Sequence record: LC680884.1
Length of the DNA: 64,000 nucleotides
Strand: one strand, 5' to 3'
Shown here: in pieces, positions 56,519 to 64,000 of the stretch
How the letters are laid out: each line of letters starts with the position of its first letter
Position numbering within the stretch: the stretch's first letter is position 1
The notes under the pieces: generated by a model
What the model was told of the DNA's origin: nothing
The model's input: the letters and a program-made list of their open reading frames with translations, nothing else
The model's database searches: none
Made by a program: the position numbers and the translations under genes

Positions 56519-57289
56519 CTAATTAGAGGATAATGACTCACTTAATCTATTATTTTTACTTTGAATAAAAAATTCAATTCCAAAATAACTATCTAAGTAG
56601 TTCTTCATTTTTTCCATACTAGATTCTATCTCTTTCTCTAGTTTTTGGATATAAATATTTAACTGTGGCTCTTTAATAAAGTTATTCGCCTTTGTGATAT
56701 AAATTTCATTGGCAATAATTTGCTCATTTATCTTATTCTTAGATTCTTGATTGATTTCTCTTGATTTTTTTGTGATCTTAATACTCTTATCCAGACGTTT
56801 TAAATTATGATTTAGTCTAATATTTAATACTTCTTTTGATTCTATCTTCTGTCTAATAATACTAGATATGAATTCCAAAGTTGATTTCATTGAAACATTC
56901 TCAATAATTCTAGAATCAAAATCAATCTCAATTCTCTGTGAAGATAAAATTTCCAATATATTAATATCAAAAAATTCTTCATCAACATCTTTTGTTATTT
57001 TATCAAATAAATTCAGACTTGCATTAACTACATTAGTTTCAGTATTTTCATGGAAACCTGTTAAAGTTTTATTATCAAAAATACTTTCTAAAATCTTCTT
57101 AATCTCATTATTATACTTTGTAGCCAATAATTGTTCAACATCTTGTAAAAATGATTTAGAAGAATTTATTTCCTTGTAGATTTCTTTAATTTCATTAATA
57201 TTGTCTGAGAGACTTACTATATTACTTCTTGCATTATTGATATTATCATGTAGATTTCCGATTCTCTGTTTAACCGTTAACATTGTCAT
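56519..57289 (-). CDS. Coiled-coil hypothetical protein
   Basis: 256 aa, heptad-rich; SD AGGAG. Confidence 0.7.
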   Translation of the reverse strand: MTMLTVKQRIGNLHDNINNARSNIVSLSDNINEIKEIYKEINSSKSFLQDVEQLLATKYNNEIKKILESIFDNKTLTGFHENTETNVVNASLNLFDKITKDVDEEFFDINILEILSSQRIEIDFDSRIIENVSMKSTLEFISSIIRQKIESKEVLNIRLNHNLKRLDKSIKITKKSREINQESKNKINEQIIANEIYITKANNFIKEPQLNIYIQKLEKEIESSMEKMKNYLDSYFGIEFFIQSKNNRLSESLSSN

Positions 57290-57371
57290 TTATACTCCTC
57301 ACTCCATAATTTAATAAGTAAACTAGATTATCTAATATCTAGTTTACTTATTTTAGTTTTTAATTTGAAAA

Positions 57372-57707
57372 TTAATATTGTTTTTGAATATTTTCTATTA
57401 AATCAAACATTAATTTTTCAGCTTTTTTAAAACTACCTTTCCATATAGTAATAGATTCACTACATGACATACCATGATTAATTTTAAAAGTTAATGATCT
57501 CTTATTTTCTTTTATAGATCTTTGAATCAGTTTTAACATTCTATAAGTACATTCAAGAGTTAGAGGTGCATGATACTGATAACTATTAGAAAATGGTTTC
57601 TTACTTATAAAATTAAAACCATCAATCCTTTTAACTCCATCTTCCCAAATATTACGACAATGTAACTCTACATCTGATTTAATAAAATATCTAATCTTTT
57701 TTAACAT
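57372..57707 (-). CDS. Hypothetical protein
   Basis: 111 aa; SD GGGAG. Confidence 0.7.
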   Translation of the reverse strand: MLKKIRYFIKSDVELHCRNIWEDGVKRIDGFNFISKKPFSNSYQYHAPLTLECTYRMLKLIQRSIKENKRSLTFKINHGMSCSESITIWKGSFKKAEKLMFDLIENIQKQY

Positions 57708-57828
57708 CTATATTTTTCTCCCTATTTTTTAGCAGGATCATTTTTCCCATTGAATTAAATATAAATAGAAACGGTAACATACATAATATTATAAATATAT
57801 CAAATAAGATTATTAAGAAGTTAAACAT
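57691..57828 (-). CDS. Small hydrophobic protein (45 aa)
   Basis: SD AGGAGG just 3' of the tRNA; MFNFLIILFDIFIILCMLPFLFIFNSMGKMILLKNREKNIDVKKD. Confidence 0.45.
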   Translation of the reverse strand: MFNFLIILFDIFIILCMLPFLFIFNSMGKMILLKNREKNIDVKKD

Positions 57829-57871
57829 TATAGACCTCCTAAATAGGCAGTAAAAACCCTTCTAGACTTTA

Positions 57872-57945
57872 CTGGGATAGTAGGATTCGAACCTACGAAA
57901 TAGACATGTTAACAGCATGTTGCCTTACCACTTGGCTATATCCCA
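57872..57945 (-). tRNA. tRNA-Asn(GUU), CCA not encoded
   Basis: TGGGATA acceptor, D-arm GCCAAGTGGTAAGGC, anticodon arm ACATG-CTGTTAA-CATGT, T-arm GTAGG-TTCGAAT-CCTAC, TATCCCA + G73. Confidence 0.93.
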
Positions 57946-58035
57946 ATAAAATCTAGAAGAGTAAAATTTTTAAACTTATTAAATACTGCCATACTTAACA
58001 AGTTCATAGACAAATTTTAAAATATGTCGTCCTTA

Positions 58036-58047
58036 TATTTATATGTT
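58036..58047 (-). promoter_or_regulatory. Late-type promoter motif for the tRNA
   Basis: AACA-TATAAA-TA, ~90 nt upstream of the tRNA 5' end. Confidence 0.5.
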
Positions 58048-58081
58048 AAGTGTAGGATTATTTTTATAAAAATTAATGAAA

Positions 58082-58441
58082 TTAAAATTTTAATATTTCA
58101 TCAATTAAAGAACGAATAATAGTCTTGTCTCTATTTAATTTTGGATGAGAAAGATGTTTATCTAACTCTTCTATATCTGCTTTAAGAATATTAAATTGAC
58201 CAAGATTCATAGATCTTTTTAAATGTGTAAGATATTCAATATTCTTAATCCACTTGCTTTTAAACGGAGAAGAGAATTCTTCTTGTAGTTCATAATTTTT
58301 ATTATAATCTAAGAGTTCTTCAATAGCTAAATTTTTATAAATATTAATAGCTCTTTCTATTTCAGCTTTTAAATGTGTATGTAATGCATCAATTTCTTTT
58401 TCAAACTTTTTTAGAAGCAAAGCTTCAAGTACTATATTCAC
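58082..58441 (-). CDS. Hypothetical protein
   Basis: GTG start with SD AAAGGA; 119 aa. Confidence 0.7.
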   Translation of the reverse strand: MNIVLEALLLKKFEKEIDALHTHLKAEIERAINIYKNLAIEELLDYNKNYELQEEFSSPFKSKWIKNIEYLTHLKRSMNLGQFNILKADIEELDKHLSHPKLNRDKTIIRSLIDEILKF

Positions 58442-58492
58442 TTAAATCATTCCTTTCAATAATTTACCCCTTCTAAATCTTATTAGTTAAAT

Positions 58493-58646
58493 CAATGGCG
58501 AACAGAATTGATTAGACCAATAAAAATTAGAAGGAGTATCGGATTGGATGTAATAGAAAGATCGTTATCATCTAACTATTAATAGGGAATAGAAACGTTT
58601 GATGGTTATATTTTCTTAAATATAAAAAAGTGTTTTCCGCCAATGA
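58493..58646. ncRNA. Putative ~150-nt structured element
   Basis: Ends pair (TCAATGGCGAACA / TGTTTTCCGCCAATGA); internal stems; no ORF; strand ambiguous. Confidence 0.35.
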
Positions 58647-58670
58647 AAAGCTAATTTTATATTTTAGATT

Positions 58671-58931
58671 TGGTGACTGCTGTTGGAATTGCACCAACAT
58701 TAACAACTAGAACAGTCACATTGTCACCAAGAGGATCGGTAAACCTCTCAGTGACTAATGCGGAGGTGAAACAAAAACCAATGACAAAGATCATCCCATA
58801 AAGAGTTTACCTATAGAGGTATGCACAGAGTACTAAATGGAGAAATCACATTGCGAACAGTTGAGTAAGAAGGAGACCTCTCACTATCTCCTTCCGTGTG
58901 AACATCGTGAAAGGATGCTACTCTCACACGT
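58671..58931 (-). ncRNA. Putative ~260-nt structured RNA with a tRNA-like 3' end
   Basis: GC-richer, ORF-free island with at least four helices whose G.U pairs only work on the minus strand; starts at the +1 of a late motif; ends in T-arm/acceptor + ACCA. Confidence 0.75.
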
Positions 58932-58942
58932 ATTAAATTGTT
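58931..58942 (-). promoter_or_regulatory. Late-type promoter motif for the ncRNA
   Basis: AACA-ATTTAA-TA; the predicted +1 A (58931) directly precedes the first helix CGTGTG. Confidence 0.65.
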
Positions 58943-59001
58943 TGAAATGCAGGGTAATTTTTAAAATAAAAAAGAGAAATAAATTTTTTAAAACTTAATA
59001 T

Positions 59002-59706
59002 TTATGCAAGAAGTTCATCTTCTACTTCAATCTTATTAGGATTTTCAATATCTTTAATATTAAGTTTTAATAGACTCTTGTCTAGGATATCACCATTAAT
59101 ACTTCCTTCTCTATCTTCTTTCTGACTAAGTTGTTCTAAATTACCTAATAATACTTGGAAATTTTCAGTATTGGCTGACTCATACTTATTAATAAACTTA
59201 GTATAGTTACCAAATACATAGTTAAGGTTTACAAAAATCTTTCCAGAGTGTACTAGCTCATGGACAGTTTTTGTAAGTGGAACTAACCCTATATAATTCT
59301 GATAATGTAATTCCATGACTTCTTCAGCAATATCAAATGGATTAATTCTTTTTTCTCCATTAACAAGAATATGTTCATCTAGTACTATGCTTACAATATC
59401 AAAAAGAGTAAAAGGGTAGTGATGGAATTCTAAACCAACTTTTTTAATTTCCTTTGTATCTACCATTGGAAGGAAAGTACATTTTGTCAAATCTAGTTCA
59501 TTTTTTAAAAAGCCAATATAAGTTTTATATTCAAATGAACGTCTAATTATCTTTTCAATTCGTTTGATAAATTTTAGTCTTTCCTTCTCATTAGAAGTAA
59601 TTTCAAAATTAAAAAAGTCTGCACGATCATCAATAGAATCAATTACAACTTCATAAGACTCATCTTCATTTATAAGACTTGGATTATTCATCTTTGGTAC
59701 TAACAT
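59002..59706 (-). CDS. HNH-like protein, paralogue of 47052-47744
   Basis: IRRSFEYKTYIGFLKNELDLTKC...LEFHHYPFT...GLVPLTKTVHELVH; late motif at 59738-59749. Confidence 0.6.
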   Translation of the reverse strand: MLVPKMNNPSLINEDESYEVVIDSIDDRADFFNFEITSNEKERLKFIKRIEKIIRRSFEYKTYIGFLKNELDLTKCTFLPMVDTKEIKKVGLEFHHYPFTLFDIVSIVLDEHILVNGEKRINPFDIAEEVMELHYQNYIGLVPLTKTVHELVHSGKIFVNLNYVFGNYTKFINKYESANTENFQVLLGNLEQLSQKEDREGSINGDILDKSLLKLNIKDIENPNKIEVEDELLA

Positions 59707-59784
59707 TTTTTCTCACCATCCTTATAGTATTATGAAATATTATATTGTTTATTTTAATTATTATTAATAACATATACATGTTTC

Positions 59785-59797
59785 AAATATATATTAT
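59785..59797 (+). promoter_or_regulatory. Early-type promoter motif
   Basis: Exact 13-mer, 35 nt before the RNase H ATG. Confidence 0.75.
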
Positions 59798-59832
59798 TAT
59801 AATGAATACATATTTTTTAGGAGGAAATTCAT

Positions 59833-60366
59833 ATGAAAAAGATTTATATTTTCTCAGATGCCGCTTCATTTCATAATGGTAAACCAGATGCTCTTGGTAC
59901 ATGTGCAACATTATTTGTAAATGAAGAATTTCAATTAATAGGTAAACGATTAAAAGCTTTTGATAAATCAACAAATAATTATAATGAATTAATGGGTGTA
60001 ATTTTAGGGTTAAAAGAAATGAAAGATTTTGTTGAAAAGAATCCTAATGAAATAGGAGTCATTGAAATTATATCAGATTCAGAATATACTATACTAGGGG
60101 CAAGAGATAGATTAAATAAATGGATTAAAAATGGATGGAGAAATTCTTCTGGGGAAATAAAAAATCTAGATTTATGGAAATTATTAAATGAATATAAAAT
60201 TTATTTTGCTAGGAAACGTATCATATTACAGTTTAATTGGTTAAGAGGTCACAAAGGAAAGAACATTACATTAAAAGATGATCCATATACTTACTACCAA
60301 GAAATGGCAGATAGTCTTGCCGTTGAATATAAAGAACGTGCTTTAAAAATAAGAAATGGAGAATAA
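59833..60366 (+). CDS. rnhA: Ribonuclease HI
   Basis: IFSDAA, STNNYNELMG, ISDSEY, KWIKNGW...IKNLDLW, WLRGHKG and EMADSLA motifs. Confidence 0.92.
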   Translation: MKKIYIFSDAASFHNGKPDALGTCATLFVNEEFQLIGKRLKAFDKSTNNYNELMGVILGLKEMKDFVEKNPNEIGVIEIISDSEYTILGARDRLNKWIKNGWRNSSGEIKNLDLWKLLNEYKIYFARKRIILQFNWLRGHKGKNITLKDDPYTYYQEMADSLAVEYKERALKIRNGE

Positions 60367-60374
60367 GAAGGACA

Positions 60375-60863
60375 TTGAGTCCTTCTTTTTTTATAGGAGG
60401 AATATCAATGGAACTATTAATTGCTTTAATTGTACTGTTAAACCTTTTTGTTATTCTTTTTTTCGCTAAGTTTATGATTAAGATTGTAGGTACTTTAGAT
60501 AAAAGTAAGGGATTAAATTCTATTAATGGGAACATAGAAAAAAAATTAGCTAATAAAGATTTTGAGTCAGATACTAAATATCTAATGTTTTTAGTAGATT
60601 ATTTTTGTAACAAATCTAGAGATTTGAAATTAATCCCATATCAAAGAAGATCTACTAGTCTATCTTTATTAAATGATGATATTCTTATAAAAATAACTGC
60701 TGAGACTACTCATAGTGTAATGCAACAACTATCAGAACCTTATAAAGAAAGTTTAAGTGTCTATATTCGGGATTTAACTGATTTTGTTACTGTTTTGGTA
60801 TATAATCGAATTGCTGAGATTACAGTGGAACTTAATAGAACAACTATAAAAAAAGTAAAATAA
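60375..60863 (+). CDS. Single-pass membrane protein
   Basis: N-terminal TM; probable start is the MELLIAL ATG after SD AGGAGG. Confidence 0.7.
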   Translation: MSPSFFIGGISMELLIALIVLLNLFVILFFAKFMIKIVGTLDKSKGLNSINGNIEKKLANKDFESDTKYLMFLVDYFCNKSRDLKLIPYQRRSTSLSLLNDDILIKITAETTHSVMQQLSEPYKESLSVYIRDLTDFVTVLVYNRIAEITVELNRTTIKKVK

Positions 60864-60904
60864 TATAACGATTAAAACAGTAGAGTCCCAGTCTACTGTT
60901 TTAA

Positions 60905-61672
60905 TCATTTTAATAGAATATTTATCACTCTAAGTAAGAAATTAAGGTTGTTATTGATTAGAACATATTTTTTTAAATCTTCTGTTATTTCGTCCAAGTA
61001 ATACATATGATTTAAAATACCATATAAATATTTACCATAAATTAAATCTAGATAGTACTGATAAGGTAATTCTCTGGTTACGAAATTATATTTAAGTTGT
61101 ATTAATTTCTCAAATAGTGCATTTTCTTCATTATGTGTATCTAGGAAAAGAAGTTCTTCTAAATCTTTAAATAAGTAATCCTTATGGAATTCCTTTATTT
61201 CCTTACTATAACCCTTAATATCTAGAGTTCTATCTGATTTATAATAAAACTCTTTATTATCAATATTAATATAACTAATATACCTATTCTTTTCTTGGAA
61301 TTTATAATATTCGTTTAATTCTAAATTGGTTAACTTTTTATTAATGATAAAAACTGCATCTTTTTTAATTGATAAGATATCATCATCATCAATATTATTC
61401 TTCTCAAATAACTCTTTCCTAATTAAAACAAACTCATTGATCAATGCTTCACTAATATCAGGATTCTTTTTTAAGAACAAGCCAACTGTTTTATTCTTTT
61501 TTAATTTTTCCATTGAATTTAAATGTCGATATTCTTCTTCCGTAATAACATTATTTTTCCGTAGAATATTGACGCCAGCATTGGTCATATCATATTCTCT
61601 TATAATATTATTCTTGAGATAACTAATTCTTTTATTTAGATAATTATGTTTTTGGTATAAATTGTTTGTCAT
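60905..61672 (-). CDS. Compact family-B DNA polymerase-like protein (no exonuclease domain)
   Basis: Motif A-like EYDMTNAG; motif B-like KLKKNKTVG (K-x3-N-x3-G); motif C-like ILSIKKDAVFI; downstream KEFY and LDIKGY. Confidence 0.55.
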   Translation of the reverse strand: MTNNLYQKHNYLNKRISYLKNNIIREYDMTNAGVNILRKNNVITEEEYRHLNSMEKLKKNKTVGLFLKKNPDISEALINEFVLIRKELFEKNNIDDDDILSIKKDAVFIINKKLTNLELNEYYKFQEKNRYISYINIDNKEFYYKSDRTLDIKGYSKEIKEFHKDYLFKDLEELLFLDTHNEENALFEKLIQLKYNFVTRELPYQYYLDLIYGKYLYGILNHMYYLDEITEDLKKYVLINNNLNFLLRVINILLK

Positions 61673-61696
61673 AATTCAACCCCCCCTATGACAAAC

Positions 61697-61735
61697 TAAA
61701 TCGATTATAGGAATAAACCTATAATCGATTGTTTA
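61697..61735 (-). terminator. Terminator hairpin
   Basis: ATCGATTATAGG-AATAAA-CCTATAATCGAT downstream of the kinase gene. Confidence 0.7.
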
Positions 61736-61738
61736 TGT

Positions 61739-62287
61739 TTAAATAAACTTTTTATTCTCTAAGTATTGATAAACATCTTCCGCAGTAATATAATTATAGG
61801 GTGGAATATTGACTAACCAATCATTAATAATTGGTTTTAATTCTTTTCTTTCATTTGCGACATATTCTTTAGTTCTTTCATCTCTCTCTTTTGGTTGCTC
61901 CGAATCAATTCCCAAATAAAATACCTCTACATTATCAGTGTTATTAGAAAGGTATTCTCTCAAACTCTCAATTCCTTTTTTATTAGCAATAATAATACCG
62001 ATTTTATTTTCTTCAAAGCTTGGAACTGTCCCGTAATGGTATCCATTAATTTCAGTTTTAGCAATTAATGCATGTTCAATTACATCATAATGAGACTTAC
62101 TAATAAAGTGATAAGTATTCTCATCTGGTGTTCTCTTCTCCCTAGTAGTATATTGTGGAAGCTGTTGAAATAATTCTGGATAAGTACCAATTAATAAATC
62201 AGTGATATAATTCTTTCCACAGCCTGATGGTCCAGCAATAACTAATAATCTCTTTTTCATTATGTTAACCTCCTGAGTATAAGTCAA
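61739..62287 (-). CDS. Guanylate-kinase-like NMP/dNMP kinase
   Basis: GPSGCGKN P-loop, YTTREKR and YHYGT motifs; true start likely MKKRLL after SD GGAGG. Confidence 0.85.
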   Translation of the reverse strand: MTYTQEVNIMKKRLLVIAGPSGCGKNYITDLLIGTYPELFQQLPQYTTREKRTPDENTYHFISKSHYDVIEHALIAKTEINGYHYGTVPSFEENKIGIIIANKKGIESLREYLSNNTDNVEVFYLGIDSEQPKERDERTKEYVANERKELKPIINDWLVNIPPYNYITAEDVYQYLENKKFI

Positions 62288-62440
62288 TCTTTTGTTACTA
62301 ATTTACTAAAAATTTTAGATAATTAGTGACAGATGTATTGGAAATTAACAAAGATAAAATAAGTATATCCGCTATACTTATTTTAATGGAGGTTTAAGTA
62401 ATATCAAGTATGAACTGTTGTCCATACTTGATATTTTATG

Positions 62441-62824
62441 TTATTCAGCAAATAATTTTTTAATTTGTTTTTTCTCAATATCAGGAATTTCTTTTTCAGA
62501 GAAACCTTCCAAGATTTTATCAATAGCCATTGATAAAGTTTCTTTCTCAAATTCTTTAAAAATTTTCAAATTATCATATTTCTTTTCATTTCCACTTAAG
62601 ATGCTAATAATTGTATTAAGTTTAATAGTTGCGATAGCTTGCATATATTCTCTTAGGTCTAATCCAGTTTCAACTGTTGATCTAACATTATACGTTTGAT
62701 TAGAATTAATTCCAACTGTAAATTGTACAATATCACCTTCTAATTGAGGTTGTTCACTTTCTCCAACTTCCTCTTTTTCTACTACTTCTTCTTCTTGATT
62801 TTCTAAAACTTTTTCTTCACTCAT
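62441..62824 (-). CDS. Acidic hypothetical protein
   Basis: SD GGAGG; first gene after an early motif. Confidence 0.75.
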   Translation of the reverse strand: MSEEKVLENQEEEVVEKEEVGESEQPQLEGDIVQFTVGINSNQTYNVRSTVETGLDLREYMQAIATIKLNTIISILSGNEKKYDNLKIFKEFEKETLSMAIDKILEGFSEKEIPDIEKKQIKKLFAE

Positions 62825-62847
62825 TTTCTTAAACCTCCATCAATTAT

Positions 62848-62860
62848 ATAATATATATTT
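62848..62860 (-). promoter_or_regulatory. Early-type promoter motif
   Basis: Exact AAATATATATTAT. Confidence 0.75.
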
Positions 62861-62909
62861 GTTATAATATTTTAATTTTACTTAAAAAATATAAAAAAAA
62901 AATAACTCC

Positions 62910-63632
62910 CTAAAGGGAGCTATTTATTTGTTTTTTTAAATTGATAAGTAGTTTAAAGTCTATTATATTATTGATTACTTTATTAATTCTTTCGCTATCT
63001 ATTATTAAAATTTTATTAGAAAATTCTTTTTTAATAATATTAATAGTTTCTTTATCGATAGATGGGAAAATAAAGTTTCCAAAACTACTTTTCATGTTAA
63101 TATATTCATCTTTTCCAGTCGTAGACTTTAAGCTACCAAATATTAATTCATAACGACTCTCTTCATTAGAGAAATTGCATATACGATTAAATTCTTCCTG
63201 TTTAATTCCGTCTAAGATGACTTTTAACTCTTCATTACTTATATAATTATTTCTATTAGAAAAAATCTGTTTAGTGACTTTTTCAATGAGTTTTATTCCA
63301 TTCTTTTTAACCCTTGAACTGTCGATCATTGTATAGCTAGGTATTTCTATATCTAATTTTTTGTCATTCAATGGAATATTAAATAGCTCATATTTAGATA
63401 GATCAAATATATTATTCTGTTCTTTTATAACTGATGGAATATAAATAAAACCATCTTTTACTTCATGACGAATTAAAACATTAGTAGCTCTTTCAACAAT
63501 TACAGTCATAGGTAGTATACGAGCAAAATCAAAAATTGACTCATTTTCTTTGAAATGATATTCAATTTTTTCTTCATAACCTGTATGTTTTACATGTAAA
63601 ATATCAGTTAAAAATACATTTCCTCTAAACAT
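62910..63632 (-). CDS. Hypothetical protein
   Basis: SD GGAGG favours ATG 63632 (MFRGNV). Confidence 0.7.
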   Translation of the reverse strand: MFRGNVFLTDILHVKHTGYEEKIEYHFKENESIFDFARILPMTVIVERATNVLIRHEVKDGFIYIPSVIKEQNNIFDLSKYELFNIPLNDKKLDIEIPSYTMIDSSRVKKNGIKLIEKVTKQIFSNRNNYISNEELKVILDGIKQEEFNRICNFSNEESRYELIFGSLKSTTGKDEYINMKSSFGNFIFPSIDKETINIIKKEFSNKILIIDSERINKVINNIIDFKLLINLKKQINSSL

Positions 63633-63648
63633 TTTTATTCCTCCAATA

Positions 63649-64000
63649 TTATTTTGAAATAGGCAATATACTATTAAACTGTGTAGAAGTAGCACCTTTT
63701 ACTTCAAGAAATATAGTATCAATAATATCCCTAAACTCAAGACGATTATTATTTTTAGAAATGGTAGTTAGAAATGAACCTAGCATAATTTCTAGGCTCA
63801 TTTCTGTTAATCTATAATTCAATTTTCTTTCTGTAAATAAAATTAACCGTTTAATATCATTAAATAACTCCCTATTTTCTTTTCTTAGATCTCTCATTTC
63901 AATATGAACGACTATCTCACTTACTTTCTCATTAAAAGAATATAATTCACATGATAATACTCCTTGAATTGCTGTTTGTTTAGGATTTTTATTAACTTGA
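63649..64000 (-). CDS. Hypothetical protein, 5'-truncated by the window edge
   Basis: The frame of the 63649-63897 ORF stays open to the window end (QVNKNPKQTAIQGVLSCELYSFNEKVSEIVVHIE-MRDL...). Confidence 0.7.
   Translation of the reverse strand, partial: QVNKNPKQTAIQGVLSCELYSFNEKVSEIVVHIEMRDLRKENRELFNDIKRLILFTERKLNYRLTEMSLEIMLGSFLTTISKNNNRLEFRDIIDTIFLEVKGATSTQFNSILPISK

Noticed and set aside
58671-58717. A second complete tRNA gene
   Set aside because: Only 12 nt lie between the acceptor 5' strand and the T-arm, so there is no D arm or anticodon arm; reported as a tRNA mimic instead.
58671-58931. tmRNA (one- or two-piece), SRP RNA or RNase P RNA
   Set aside because: No G3.U70 alanine identity; the acceptor 5' strand is local rather than at the transcript 5' end; no matching acceptor strand after the CCA; no SRP helix-8 or RNase P P4 consensus visible.
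52636-63153. Nested or antisense ORFs 52636, 53470, 54801, 56868, 59783, 60266, 61326, 62418 and 62941
   Set aside because: Opposite strand or alternate frame of genes that have an SD and operon context.
1-64000. Integrase, IS element, rRNA or bacterial chromosome origin of the window
   Set aside because: None seen; gene content, promoter motifs and split RNAP subunits fit a lytic jumbo phage.

Overview
A 64-kb, very AT-rich segment of a Bacillus jumbo myophage of the AR9/PBS1 group. From memory, the spliced RNAP beta' protein closely resembles AR9 gp270; this needs a BLAST check. Contents in order: (1) 1-16.5 kb, mostly minus-strand DNA-metabolism genes (MBL hydrolase, phosphoesterase, Dda-like helicase, DnaB-like helicase, SbcD-like nuclease) around a LysM-SleB hydrolase and a small plus-strand baseplate cluster. 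(2) 16.7-21.5 kb, an early operon of hypothetical genes. (3) 21.6-39.9 kb, a late virion, tail-fibre and cell-wall-binding cluster. (4) 40-47 kb, two multisubunit RNAP beta'-like genes. One is split by a group I intron (41251-42147) exactly inside the catalytic DYDG^D motif and carries an HNH endonuclease; a free-standing Hef-like endonuclease lies between the two genes. (5) 47-64 kb, baseplate genes, XRE and MqsA-like regulators, a holin, tRNA-Asn, RNase H, a compact PolB-like protein and a guanylate-kinase-like enzyme. Two phage promoter classes can be read from the sequence: eight exact AAATATATATTAT copies (early-type) and many AACA-N6-TA/G sites (late-type). The strongest candidate for something undescribed is a ~260-nt structured minus-strand RNA (58671-58931). 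It starts at a late-promoter motif and ends in an anticodon-less tRNA mimic (acceptor stem + T-arm + ACCA). It lies near a tRNA-Asn whose leader and trailer extend the acceptor stem by 17 bp. Also notable are a 255-aa mini-PolB beside RNase H and several SD-led 12-13-codon micro-ORFs, three of them directly behind early promoters. All assignments come from manual motif reading; no searches were run.
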